DNA of 64,000 bases from Felis catus (taxonomy: Eukaryota): positions 47,866,001 to 47,930,000 of the forward strand of contig NC_058368.1 of assembly GCF_018350175.1 (NCBI RefSeq). Reading direction: 5' to 3'. The notes under the pieces were generated by a model. That model saw nothing but the letters and a program-made list of their open reading frames with translations, did no database searches and was not told the origin of the DNA. Each line of letters begins with the position of its first letter. Position 1 is the stretch's first letter. This document shows positions 49,065 to 61,742 of the stretch, in pieces. Position numbers and translations under genes: made by a program.

Positions 49065-52000
49065 TGGTTAGGGAACCACGTGTGTATACATATATATCAA
49101 CCTAGTTCTTTTTCATCATTAAGAATGAAAATGTCTGGATTATCCTTGGGCTAAATGAGAAATTTAACACACCTCTGCAATTCCCAGAAATTGTGGAAAT
49201 AACCTGAAGTTTTAGTTCCAGATTATTATTATATATCAAGCACTTTCAATTTCAAGAAGCCCCCTCATCTTTTCAAACAAATGTGTTAAGTCTCACTGTT
49301 TCATTAACAACAGTTGTTTAGACCTAGTCATTTTCATCAAGTCTATTAGTTACTACTCTTTTATGGGATATCTTTTGCTTTCTTTGAGCTGTTTTTTTAG
49401 GCGGAACCAGCCTTCCATTCATTCTATGTCTTCCCTGGGCATCGAAAGCACCTAAGTCAACTTCTTCTGCCTTGGCCCGCCCTTCTCTCTACACCCAGAA
49501 TTACAAACCATAAATGATGTCAAATCTTCTCTATTCCTCAAGAATTTTGACACTGGGTCCAAAACTGAAACAGGTCTTGAATTTGTTCCATTGGTTTTTG
49601 TGGCCTGTCCCGGTCTGTCAGCCTGTTCTGATCTAGACGGTCTAGGTCAGGGTCTGAAGGGAAAGCAGACCTGGTAGGCTTCTCCTCCACTGGTTGGTAT
49701 GCTAACACTTGCCATCACTGGTGCTGGTTTTGTTTGTTTTGCTTTTTTGTGGAAACAGCTAAACCCTAGTTCTCTACTATATTATTTCGAGAGAAGTAGA
49801 AAGTAACATTCATGTGTTTAGAAATCCAGGAGCTCTAGGTTTGTACATGGAACAGGTATTTGTATTCATCTTTCTGTTTTTCTCCCCAGCACCTTCCACA
49901 TCTGATCTTGTTCTCCATGTAGGTTAAAGCACACACATATGCATGTGCACACGCACGCCTACTCCCACACTCAACCAAAGGGGAAAGGACACAGTGTGGT
50001 AAATAAAATAATATAAAGACTCGTCTCCAGGAATCTATACCAGAACAGTCAAAGCAACTACTCAACAAGAATTATATTTCTTATTTTCTGTGCTAAATCG
50101 GACATAGTCTCTGCACCCTAGGAGCTCACAGTGTTGTCAAGAAGATTCGATGGGCACATAGGAAACAACACAATGGAAAGAAGAAAGGATATGGAAAAGC
50201 TGAGTTCAAATCCCCATTCCATCACTAGTAATTGTGTGGGTTTGAATAAGTCACTTCATTTCTTAGAGCCTTTACTTATGATTTCTTGTGACAAAAGTTG
50301 TTTGTTTTTTTTTTTTTTTTTTTCATTAAGAGCCACATAGTTTGGCAGCAAGAAAACCAGAAAAGGATAAGGAACAATTAAACTCTGCTTTCAAGGGCTA
50401 TAACCCACCAGGGAGGCAAGACAAGCACACAAGACAATGTAAGAACATTGGTGTCCTATGTGAGAAATGACCCTCTATGGCACTCCTATGAGGTCAGAAA
50501 AGACACATGACAGTGGGAGAGGAGAGGGATGTTGATTTAACATTAAATGAGCTCAAAAATACACTGTTTAGTACTTGTTTTGATCTCTGATCTCAGTTTT
50601 AATACAGCAGGTGGGACACATAATTGGCAAGAGAGAGAAAGGAAAGTTCTGGAACAGGTGGGATGGCTGCCTGGGCAGTTGGCCAGAACGTCCCCAACAG
50701 AACATTCTACTATCAGATAGGGTATATTCCCACCTCATACAGTGTCTTCCATATGTCTCAAAATATTGACAGCCTTAAGAAATGATGTAGAAGAGCAAAT
50801 AAAAAGTGAGGAAGGGAGAGATTACCCAGGACAAACAAGGAGGATGGAGGCCAGCTGTTCTCCATTCTTCCCAGGGACAAAGAGTTCCGTCCTCAGATCT
50901 GTCCCAGAGCATTATCTTATTGCACTTAGCACTTTCTACCTTGGATTGCAGTTATTTATGTACAAGGCTTATCTTCCCTACTGAACTGCAAGTGTGGGGA
51001 GCCCAGAGCCTGCCTCTTTCGCCTTTGGATCCCCTTAGTGCCGGCCTCCTACCTGCTGGGAACCCAGCGACTGTGTGTTAAAGGCACAGAAGGGCTGGAA
51101 AGAGCAGTGGTAGGATTTCAGTCACGTCAAGTTAAAGACTGTTTTCATGAGAGTTGTTGAGTCAGGGAATACTTTGCTGAGGGAATGTTATCTGCTTCTC
51201 TAGAGGTCTTAAAAAAATAACATGGTCTCATCAATTTGAAACGATTTAAATATGGTCTTGCATGTGGCCAGAGGGAGAGAGCAGCTGAGCTCTCAAGATT
51301 CTTTCCAGAGCTTAGAGCTCTGATTCTGTGATGGGAAACAACAGCTTCTTCTCTCTCCTTCATTCTCTCTCTTTTTCCACCTCTTGGTCAACCACCCAAG
51401 GGTGATAAGTGAATGGTAGGACATCTGTCTCTTGTCCCTTTATGAATGTCTCCTCTTACCTGAAAGAGAGATGTGGGCTTGGGATTACTCACCTGAACAA
51501 GGTCCAGCTCTTCTCTGAGGTCACAGCAGGTCTGTATCTGCCTTCTGTGGTGGCAGTGCATGCAGGGATGGTGGGCTGCCTCCCCCACCCGGCCTAGAAG
51601 GTATGGAGGCTGTTAATGATGTGAATGGTTGTTTTTGGATATACGGTTTCCCAGAAATCTTCCAAGTGGGGACTCCAACGTTGGCATGAAGATTTTTTCG
51701 AAGGCATCTAAGACCTCTCCGATTGGGCTTGGATGCAGCCCTGCATGCCAGCGATCATATATGATGGCCAGGAAAGCTCTTCCCCTTTCTTGCTTCCAAC
51801 CTGTGGTGCTAAGTGAGAATAAAGGGATTTCTGAGAAGAGAACTGCATTCTTCCATTTGACAGTGAAATCATGTTACTCTATTTGAAAGGAACTTTGCCT
51901 CCTAATTTTCAAGCAGTCTTGAAATAAGATGTTCAAGGACCGTTGAAAATGCATCTTCCTATTTTTGATTTCTCATTTCACTTGGGTTCCAGAGGTTCCT

Positions 52001-52337
52001 TGTTTGCTTCTATTTCTTGGAATTTCCTTTTGAGAATTATAGTAAGGTGTGGAGAACTGTTGGTGGTTTGATGAGACCAAGTTCTTTGGGAAAGGGGAGA
52101 GTAGTGGCTCAACACTGAACTAACTTGTATTGAGCCCTCACTCTGGGTTGTTGCCTCTGGGGATAGAATCTGCATCTCACTGATTACCCTTTAGCTCCAG
52201 GTCTCCAGCAGAGAAAAGGCAGCAGGTTTTTTAGAAGTAGGCCTCCAGATTTCAATATGCTACTTGGGGCAGTCATTTGGGTCATTGAATGACAGGTTAT
52301 TCAATACGCATATTCTGTGAGTTAATTGTGTTGACCT

Positions 52338-52660
52338 CTGCTCGCCAGCATTGTGTCATTAGCTCCGTGTGGCTATTGAGCACTTGAAATGGGGCTTGTC
52401 TGAACTGAGATGGCCTGCGAATGTAAAATACAAACCATAATTTCAAAGTCTTAATATAAAGAAAGAATGTAAAATAGCTCAATGATATGTTTCATTGATT
52501 ATATGATGAAATGATAATATTTTGGATATATTGGATCAAATAAAATATACCACCAAACATACTTAATTTCACCTATTGCTTTTTAGTTTTCTTAACATGG
52601 CTACTAGAATATTTCAACATACATACGTGGCTCGAATTATATTTCTGTTGGATGGCACTG
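52338..52660 (+). mobile_element. MER33-like hAT-Charlie fossil
   Basis: gtgtggctattgagcacttgaaat...gataatattttggatatattgg...catacgtggctcgaattatatttctgttggatggcactg. Confidence 0.8.
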
Positions 52661-55600
52661 CTCTAGACGTAGCAGTGGAAAGCAGTGGGGATAGTTCTCC
52701 TCACCAGATTTTCTCCTTTACTCTATCGTTTTTTGCAAGCACTAAAATGGCCAAATTTGGGCAAAGACGCTGTGTTGCCTTAAAAGGAATATATACCCTT
52801 CTCCATGTTTCTTGTCTTTCCAATTAGATTATAAGTATCTTGAGTGGCTTCAAGTCATAGGGTCAACAAAACCATAATTCGTGGTAACTTGTGTTAGGTA
52901 TGGTGCTGGGTTCTGGAATTGTGACATTGAATAGAACCTGGCCACTGCCCCAGGAACCTGCTGTCTATAGATAAGGCAGGGAAGAGCACAGCTGCTAGAA
53001 TCAAATTCAAGAAGTGTTATGGTAGAGTCTATCTAGCTCAGGGTATTCCATCGAATCACCTATTTCTCTAATTGCCCCAGCTGTACTCAATCACTTTTAT
53101 GTATTACTTGTTTTTATCACACAAATAAAAGATAGTCATTGTAAAAAAAAAAAAAGAAAAGAAAAGAAAGAACAAGGAAATACAGATAAAGCAAAAACAC
53201 AAAGTTCATGGTTGCCACTGTTGGCATTTGGATTATATCCAGCCTCATCCAGTAATAAGGTTCTAAATTGTCAGAACTCAAACTGAGATTAGGCATAGTA
53301 GAAAGAGAATCTGTGGCTTTTCAATGGCTGGATCCACAGATTTGAGCAATTACCAACTGTCTATCTGTCCGTCCCTCCCCATCTTTCATTTTTGTTTTTT
53401 CTGTGCTATCCAGATCTGCCTTTATTCTCTTTGGGGGATCCCATGGACAAGAGATGTCAGTCCTAGGAGGGAGAATGTTTAGAGACCCATGTGGCAGCAG
53501 TGGCTGAGAAGACTCCCTAGGTAGGAGACACGATGAGACAAGAATAGATTCCTGGATCTGCACCCCTCTTTCCTGCAGGAAGGATTAGTGAGATATACCT
53601 TTGGACCAATAAAGGAGAGGTTCTGACATTTCCATATATACAATCTCTGTCACATGGAAACATCAGCACCTCCCCTGTAGATACTTGTCCAGTACTTGGG
53701 TTTATTTCATGGTTTTATAACAACTGGCCAGTTTCGAAAACAGAAGAGCCAGGGTGGCAGATACTGATGCTTGAGTGCCCTGAATGGTGACATGTCTCAG
53801 ACTATTCGTGGGGCTCCACCAGCTCTCTCCATGGCACTTTGAAAAGGCACCTCTCTTGGTCTTCTCTAGGATCCTTCTGACTCCTGATAGAATACAAACA
53901 ACATGTTTAGGCTGCACAAAGGTCAAAGGACACAAATAAATAATGGATATGCATCTTGAATAAAGAGTAACCTTTGCCTCTGAAATTGATATATCACCTG
54001 TTAATCTGATCATGTAGAGCATGGTTGTCAGACTAACATAGGACATGATGAAGCTCGATTTACAGAATGATATACTTTGTAAAATAAATGATTGTGAAAC
54101 ACTTTGAACGTATAAAGTCTTATATGGACGGTTAATGATCATGGTAATTATTTTACAACTTAATTATAGGAAAATGAAAGCAGAGCAGCTTAACGAATTC
54201 AAACACTGATCAGACTGTGTACTATGAGGGAGATAAAAAAGAGAGTTTGTAGCTTAGTGTCACATTCTGCGATTGTTTAACCTATAGTCAGACTTCTCAG
54301 TGTTTTCTAAAACAGAGAGAGTTACAAAATGATTTTGGTTATGCAGATAATTAGCTTTAAGTGAATTATATTTTCTATTCCATGAGAATAGCCTTTTAAA
54401 GAAACAACAAATGGTACAGGCTGGCATGGCCTGGGGATGAGAGAACTGATAAAGGGCATACAGGGAGACCTGTGTGCTTGTGATACGGCTCTTCCCACAT
54501 GAGTGGGGCCTCGAAGCCTGGCCCCAAACTCAGCCCCTGAGCACAAATGAAGTTAGGTGCATCTCTCTCTCTCTCTCTCCCTTCTTAAAAAATGTATATA
54601 TTGCAATATGATGATATAAGCTTGGGCTTTGGAGTGAATTTACTAAAAGCAGTAATGCATGTTGCACATTTTGTCGAGGATTACAAAACACTGGACACTT
54701 GTGCCCATCCACAGAATTTCCCTGCTGATCCTGAGAGCTGAGTGCAGATGGAAATTCGAGTTTTATTGTATTTGTCTATCAAGTCTATTAAAGAAATAGC
54801 TTATTATGCCCATTCACTAGACATGCTTTTGGCCTTGGGATTTTTATACCTTTGGTCCTTGGCTACAGTAGTTCATACATAATAAACAGAGATTAAAGTT
54901 GTTTCCTATCATGAGATGAATAATATTTAACATAGCTATTCAACGTATCTAACTAGTGACCTTTGGCCAAATCACTGAAATAATTCGATTTTTAAAATCA
55001 GATTTCATCCTGCTTTGACGTGAATTGATTTCACTGCCTCCAACTAAAGTTTGAAATAGACATTTAGGCATACATGGCTTTCCTAACCTATAAGGAAGGT
55101 CAGTGCCTGAATAATCTTGCATATTTGCAGTTCAGATTTACTCTCTCACAATCATTTTGCAACCCATCTGCACAGGGTTTATACCTTTGAGGTATAATCC
55201 CAAGTAATTTATCACTTTTTCTGTTCACTAAAATTAAATGGTTTAATTCTTAGGGGATTAGTTGAGAAAACATTTGCTGTTTCGGCCAAGCCTCTATAAT
55301 CTATATTTCTCCAAGTTGTTAAAATGTCAAATTGAAAGAGGGTCAAGGAAAGCAACAATAAAGTTCAAAGAGAGTATTATATTCTCTTCAGTTATTGCAA
55401 TTTTTTATCGGTCTCATTGATCCCGGATAATAAATGCACATTGCTGTAAGTTTCAGAAACTCAAGAAGATGTTAAGGCAATCAATTTTATGAATAAATGT
55501 ATCGCTAAAAAGAGGATTTTGCTGGCAAGGTCAAGAGCTGGCTCTTTGTGAAAACATCTTGGGCTTGCCTTTTCACACAGATCTTTGACAATTTCCGAAC

Positions 55601-56008
55601 GTTTAAAATAACGTATCTGTTAAAAGTATGTTTGAAAAGCTAATGTCTGTAGTTCAGCAGCACAATTAACAAATTAATGAACTCACTTTCTGTTTACCAT
55701 TGAATTATAATTGCTAATTGGTTAATCTAAATAAAGCCTCGGGCCTTTATTGGAAGTGTTAGCATTTGAAACCACTGGCTGCTTGAATTTCCTCAACTAA
55801 CACTCCAGACTTGTGAAATTTAAACAAACTTGTTAAATCTGGGCACCTTTTAATGCCTCTCAATAGCCTATCATCACGGCCCAAATCTATTAGCAAAACA
55901 AATAAACAGCTTTTGGAATTTAAAGGTAAATATAGGAATTCACGAATATACTGATTGCTCTTTCACGTTATAGCTGTTTGCTCAAATGTGGCCCCCAGCA
56001 ACGAAGAG

Positions 56009-56011
<3 letters not shown>

Positions 56012-56058
<47 letters not shown>
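56012..56058. repeat. (TG)n microsatellite
   Basis: Directly visible. Confidence 0.97.
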
Positions 56059-56064
<6 letters not shown>

Positions 56065-56199
56065 TACCTCTGGGGAATTCAGCCTTTTAATTCTGAAGAA
56101 TTATATGTTAACAGCTTTCCTTTTATGTGTAATTGGTGCATTGACACAGGTCCTTTCCCAGCCTTGTTTGAAAAGTCTTTTTCCTTATTCCTTCTTAGT

Positions 56200-56410
56200 C
56201 ACTTCCGCTTCTTCTCTGCGCGACCTTGAATTCCCGGGCCTTTCCCCCACGCCGCTCCTGCGCCCGCAGGGGACCTGGTCTCCTCCAGGCGTGGCCCCGC
56301 ACTTCCCGACCGGGGCAGAGCCAGGGCGACAGCCAGCTTGCAGACAGCTGTTGCCCGCGGGGCAGCGGAGGGGTTGTCATTAGCAAGGAGGGCAGGACTG
56401 CTCCGAGGCT
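56200..56410. promoter_or_regulatory. Small CpG-rich patch, candidate enhancer or promoter
   Basis: About 17 CpGs in ~200 bp of non-repeat DNA in a CpG-poor window; ETS core acttccg, E-box cagctg, two RFX X-box-like motifs. Confidence 0.5.
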
Positions 56411-56721
56411 GTCCTGTTGGTGACCAAGAAACAATTGTCCCTGAAGGCCAGTCGGCAGGAGGCTCTGTGTTTCCATTCTCTTTGACCTGATACCAGGCTC
56501 GAGCCACTGTTACCTGGAAAAGGCTGAATTGCAAACTGCAGCAGGCTCTTCAGAGAGCAGTTGCAAAGGTGTAGGGCTCCGGATAGCAAGCTGTGATGGC
56601 TCAAGTATAATGTGCATTTATGATTTTCCGTGTCGACGAAATAGATGTGAAGTAGACACACCAAACTGTTCCCGAGATCTGAGTCAGGCGCGGCTGTAGT
56701 CACTTTAAGATGAAGATCTCA

Positions 56722-56935
56722 GGGCGCCTGGGTGGCTCAGTCGGTTAAGCATCCGACTTCGGCTCAGGTCATGATCTCACAGTTCGTGACTTTAAGCCCC
56801 GCATCGGGCTATGTGCTGACAGCTCAGAGCCTGGAGTCTGCTTCAGATTCTGTGTCTCCCTCTCTCTCTGCCCCTCCCCTGTTCATGCTCTGTCTCTCTC
56901 TGTCTCAAAAATAAATAAAACATTAAAAAAAATTT
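56722..56935 (+). mobile_element. Can-SINE (SINEC_Fc-type, young)
   Basis: CpGs retained; 18 bp TSD tttaagatgaagatctca. Confidence 0.95.
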
Positions 56936-57314
56936 TTTTTAAGATGAAGATCTCATGCCGTTCCGGGACTCCACAGACTAGAGGGGAAGACAGTTACCAG
57001 GCCCAGCAATAAGGCCAGGATAGAGGGATGCACAGGCTGTCAAGGGAGCACCCTGTCCAGGGCCGTTCTCTTTGTTCGTGGTTGTGTGGTGTGCTTACAG
57101 CAGCATTTCAAGAACATTCAGTGGACTGAGGTTGTTGCAGGATGGACGGTGTGTGAGGGCATGTATTCTGGGTCAGGAACGCCAGCCTGAGGCTACTGTA
57201 AGAGTCTCAGGGTTGATGAGGATCAGGTCTGGGTGAAGTTGATGAAACGAAACAAAATGAAATGAAAACAAAAGACAAGAAAAGGAGAAAAGGAAAGGAA
57301 AGAGGAAAAAGGAA

Positions 57315-57334
57315 AGATTGGTTACATATATTTT

Positions 57335-57365
<31 letters not shown>

Positions 57366-57656
57366 CATTGGCAGGGTTTTCTCACAAAGATAAATCCTTT
57401 TGAAACACAAACTATACATCCCAGGTGATTTTGTGGGGTCTAAAGCTTTTGCCAAAGCCGAAGGGGATAAGGGGGGGAGGGGTCTCTGCTAATCGCTCTC
57501 TTTCTGGTACAGTCTCTCCTTTCCAATGTAAATTTAGGCAGTTGAGGGGGAGGCAGAGAGCTTTCTTGCATCTGCTGCATTTTGATTACTTTTAACTTGA
57601 AATAATTGTTATGCCAAAGTGGTCCATCTTGGGGCAGTCTGCCCTAGGCCCCTACA
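57315..57656 (-). mobile_element. ERV1 LTR (MER34/MER39-like) with internal (CA)n
   Basis: ctttcttgcatctgctg...aaataattgttatgccaaagtgg...ttgggg...cctaca (TG start on the minus strand); left boundary uncertain. Confidence 0.6.
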
Positions 57657-57885
57657 AAAAGAACATCTTAGGACTCATTTCCACTTTTATAGGGCAAAAT
57701 AACCTTTGGTCTGGTCCCTGGGTGTCACTACACAGGGTCCATAGCTACAGTGGATTTAACTTTCTACACAAGGCATTCATAGGTACAGGCATTCTTTCTA
57801 CACAAGGAGGGATGTGACTGTAAATAAAAAAATATACCCACCAAATCCAAACTGAACATATTCTCCACTCAAGCTCTTCTTAGCC

Positions 57886-58101
57886 CAGAGTTTCTCAACC
57901 ATGACTGCACTGACATTTTGAACTAGGTAGTTCTTTGTTGTGGGGGCCCGTCCTATGCATTGTAGGCTGTTTAACAGCATTTACTCTGTAGATTCCGATA
58001 ATGTATGTGCAGTGGTGACAACCAAAAAGGTCTCCAGACATGGCCAGACATCCTCTGGGGAGCAAAATCACTCTCACTCCCCTCGCCTTTAAGAACCACT
58101 G
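57886..58101 (-). mobile_element. MER20
   Basis: cagagtttctcaacc...gacattttg...tctccagacatggccagacatcctctggggagcaaaatca...aagaaccactg. Confidence 0.85.
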
Positions 58102-58944
58102 CCTTAGACAGATTTGCCCAAAAGCCTATGGCCACGCTAACACTATCTAACAAGAGGGAACAGTCACAAGGCAGGAATTGCAGTATAACTGCTTACAGCA
58201 TTAAAGTAGGACAATGCTAACCCAACCAAAAATTTCCTCCTCTTATGTAAACGTTTTAATTTTGTGCCATTCCTTATTCCTCAAAAACAACCCTCTCCAT
58301 ATCTCTATCTATATAATCAACGTCCTCAAAATCAGGGTTCAAAAATCAGACATGCTAGAATGTCACTTTATGATCGAATTTGCCAGGTCCCTAAAGAGCC
58401 TACGCATCATTGGTTCATTCGGTTCGGTAAAACCTTATTGAGTGTCTCCTATGTACTAGCCCCAGAAAATATCTGTGAACATAACCGACAACTTTCTCTA
58501 CCCTTATGGTCTTATGATATAGTTGATTGATATTAGATTTATTACGGTGAACTTATCAGCATGTTTTATAGTCATTGTAAGTGTTTTTGTATTTTGAGAC
58601 ACATGATAATTTTTGTTAGGGGGCATATACTTTTCCTTACATAACTTCTGAATTCAGGAAGCATTGAATCAGTCCCAAGGAAGTCGAGATAAGTATTTTC
58701 TTCCCTGTTTTAGCCAGCCTCCATCTGAGACAATTATCCTTTTCTCCTTGAGATAGAGCCCATTTTTGGTCAAGAGGCCTTCATCCTCAAAGATTGTACC
58801 ATCACTAAGGAATTTTAAGTGTTCTGTTGGATACTACTTGAAGGGACACATGTTCATTTCCACAATGCACCTGTTCCTACGGTGGCCTCTCCACTCAACT
58901 CAGTTAAGAGCACTACCTAAGCACTGGTCCTCTCTCCTGCTTCT

Positions 58945-59175
58945 TCAGAATAGCAGAAATAGCTTATATGTACTGAGGGCTTATCAAGAGCCCAAATTGT
59001 CCTAAGCATTTTTATGTGCATTATCTCATTTCACCGTAAAGCAGTCCTCGGAGGTAAGCAGAAGACAAAATCGAGGCTTAGAGAGATGGAGGTACTTGCC
59101 CAAGGCCACCCAGTTTGGAAAGAGAGCTGAGATTCAAACCCAGGCAGTCTAACTCCAGAGTCTGAATGCCTAACT
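58945..59175 (-). mobile_element. MIR
   Basis: gaggcttagagagatggaggtacttgcccaaggccacccag...gagctgagattcaaacccaggcagtctaactccagag. Confidence 0.8.
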
Positions 59176-60467
59176 TCCATTATGAGCACTGTGACTTGTG
59201 ATGATTTCTGTGTGAGTTAAATCCATATGAAAGCAGAGTGGGTTTCGGTGGTTGACCCAAAAAGGCCTAGGTAAATTACCATATGACAGGTAGCAGCACC
59301 TCACTGGGATGCCCTCGATACAAATCACCCAATGACAGCTCCATGGTGAAATATGGGAGAGAATATTGTACCATAGAATTTTTAAACTGGAAAAATGGTT
59401 AGGCCATCTATACGACATACGTGTATTTCTGTGTGACATATAGACAGATATACATGTATGTATGTATGCATGAGTATCAAAGATTCTTGATTGAAGAATA
59501 TACTTGACTAGATGTAAATAGCGTTCATTGAAGGTGACATCTTCCTGATAAGACACTTAAAGGATGATCTTAATTTTGCATATTGAGACTCTTTGGAGAC
59601 TTGTGTATGTATGTGTGAGTGCATGCACATTTCCATAAGGCTAACTCTTTTTCTTGCTGCTGTGGTACAGTCCTCACAAACCTATGATTCACAACAGGAA
59701 TGTAGCTTGGAACTTCTGCTATGTAAGCAGCTGCAGATACTTCAAATACCATTGTACATGTGATCCAGGACTTGCTATAAATTTGCCCCTAAAAATAAAG
59801 TAACAAGTGACTGAGCAGCAATAGGAATTAATCACTGCAGTGCGTGAATGGAATGTGCTAGGCTCTACCTCAAAATCCTTTTATAAAAAGATTGATATAA
59901 TTAAAACCCCAAAGAAACAACCAAGGATGCTATATTTGAGCAAACGTGCTGCAAAAAGTTTGGAAGGAAGGTTTATTTTTTTTTTTTTAAAGGAGAGATG
60001 TAGAAAAAAATGGGTTTCCACACCTTCTACATCATTGGAAATAAGATAATATTGTTACATCACGGAAGAATTTATCACGCAAAGGAATTTAAATTGGATT
60101 CAATCTTGGTACACTGGAATTTTTTGAAGGCTGAGGGGATAATCGAGCATCTCAATTAAGCTGTTTGCCATGATGGGAAATAACAGTTAAAACTTCTACC
60201 ATAATTTGTAGCAAAGATTACCTTGATGCTTTAGAGATGTGAATAACCATTTGAAAAGCCCAGACATTTCAAGCTTTCAAAATTAGACTTGAATGGATAA
60301 ATTCTTTAAGAAGTAATAAACCAACTGACCAAAGAAGAAAACAATTAATTATGACTTTTTGAAATCTGCCTTTTTCCTATGACTAACACAGCATCCAAAT
60401 CCGACAGCCCCTATTTAAATCTCTGACCCCTAATACTATCTGAAAAAGAAGGAGGAGTAGAAAAGGA

Positions 60468-60534
60468 GGAAGGAAGGAAGGAAGGAAGGAAGGAAGGAAG
60501 GAAGGAAGGAAGGAAGGAAGGGAGGATGGAAGGA
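60468..60534 (+). repeat. (GGAA)n microsatellite
   Basis: Directly visible. Confidence 0.95.
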
Positions 60535-61300
60535 ATACTAACCAGAAAAAGAAAAAAGAAAAAAAAAATAACAATAACCAGCACTTCAAAAAGGTCACTA
60601 AACAGACAGTTCATAAAGGCCTCTGTGATTCCGAGGCCACAGGTAACAAAGTGTTTAGGTCGTCTGAAAGAGAATTTGATTGAAAATCCATTTTTAGACA
60701 TGGGAAAGTGAAAGAGATTTCTTAAACCCACTTGAATTGCTGAAGATGAAAGGTTAAAAGCTTTAAAGACCAAAAACTACATTAGCAACAGAACAGTAAA
60801 TACCATCAACAGAGACACAGAAGAATTAGCAAAACAAATATTAAATGAAGAGGGGGAAAAAAAATCATTTCAAAAGCCAAAAAAATTTCTTTTCTTTGTA
60901 TTCCAAAATTGATCTTGCAGTTTTAGATGAAAGGACTAATGGGTAATTTCTATATAATACTTTCTAAACAAGTGCATGAAATCACTCTCTGCTCCAAAGG
61001 GACAGGATCAAAACAGGTAGATTTCCTTGGACAGCTTTGCCACTGCTCTCCACTGTGTTAGAAGCTGTGTTTCCACAGTGAAAGATGATGTGTTATGGTC
61101 TGCAGCTCTCTTAATCTTACATGAATTAGGCTTAAAACCACACACTATAAGCTTGGTTTCTGTGGCATTCTTTGGTTTCTAGAATTGCAGAGGAAAACTA
61201 CTATGATGTTGAGAAGCACAGATGGTTATAGCTTATTAATCTAACATTAAGAAGACCTTTCCAGGTAGCAGACAAGTGTTCCTTTTAATAATGAACCTTA

Positions 61301-61530
61301 GGGGCGCCTGGGTAGCTCAGGTGGTTAAGAGTCTGACTCTTGATTTTGGCTCAGGTCATGATCTCACGGTTCATATGTTCAAGCCCTTTGTGGGGCTCTG
61401 CGCTGATGGTGTGGAGCCTGCTTGGGATTCTCTCTCTCTCTGTCTCTCTCTCTCTCTTTCTGTCTCTCTGCCCCTCTCCTCTTCTCTCTCTCTCTCTGTC
61501 TCAGAATGAATAAATAAACTTAAAAAAAAA
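61301..61530 (+). mobile_element. Can-SINE
   Basis: TSD ataa(t/c)gaacctta. Confidence 0.93.
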
Positions 61531-61742
61531 ATAACGAACCTTAAAAAATTAACCATTATTGTTAGAAACTATGTACTTTTCTGCCTCTTTAAGGGGCACA
61601 TAAACATAATTTATTTTATTTTACTATTTTTTTTGATAATTCAGGGCCATTATTATAGACCTCATTTATTACTGGTATAATAACATGATACTCTCATGGG
61701 CTGAAGTATGTTTTCCCTTATAATAAAAATCATTTGGGTCTT

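Noticed and set aside
51493..51800. Longer exon version using the upstream caccacag acceptor as a coding exon
   Set aside because: All three frames contain stop codons
53702..54142. 146 aa minus-strand ORF
   Set aside because: No recognisable homology or supporting gene structure
55955..56534. Overlapping ORFs across the GC-rich patch
   Set aside because: Explained by stop-codon scarcity in GC-rich DNA and the (TG)n tract
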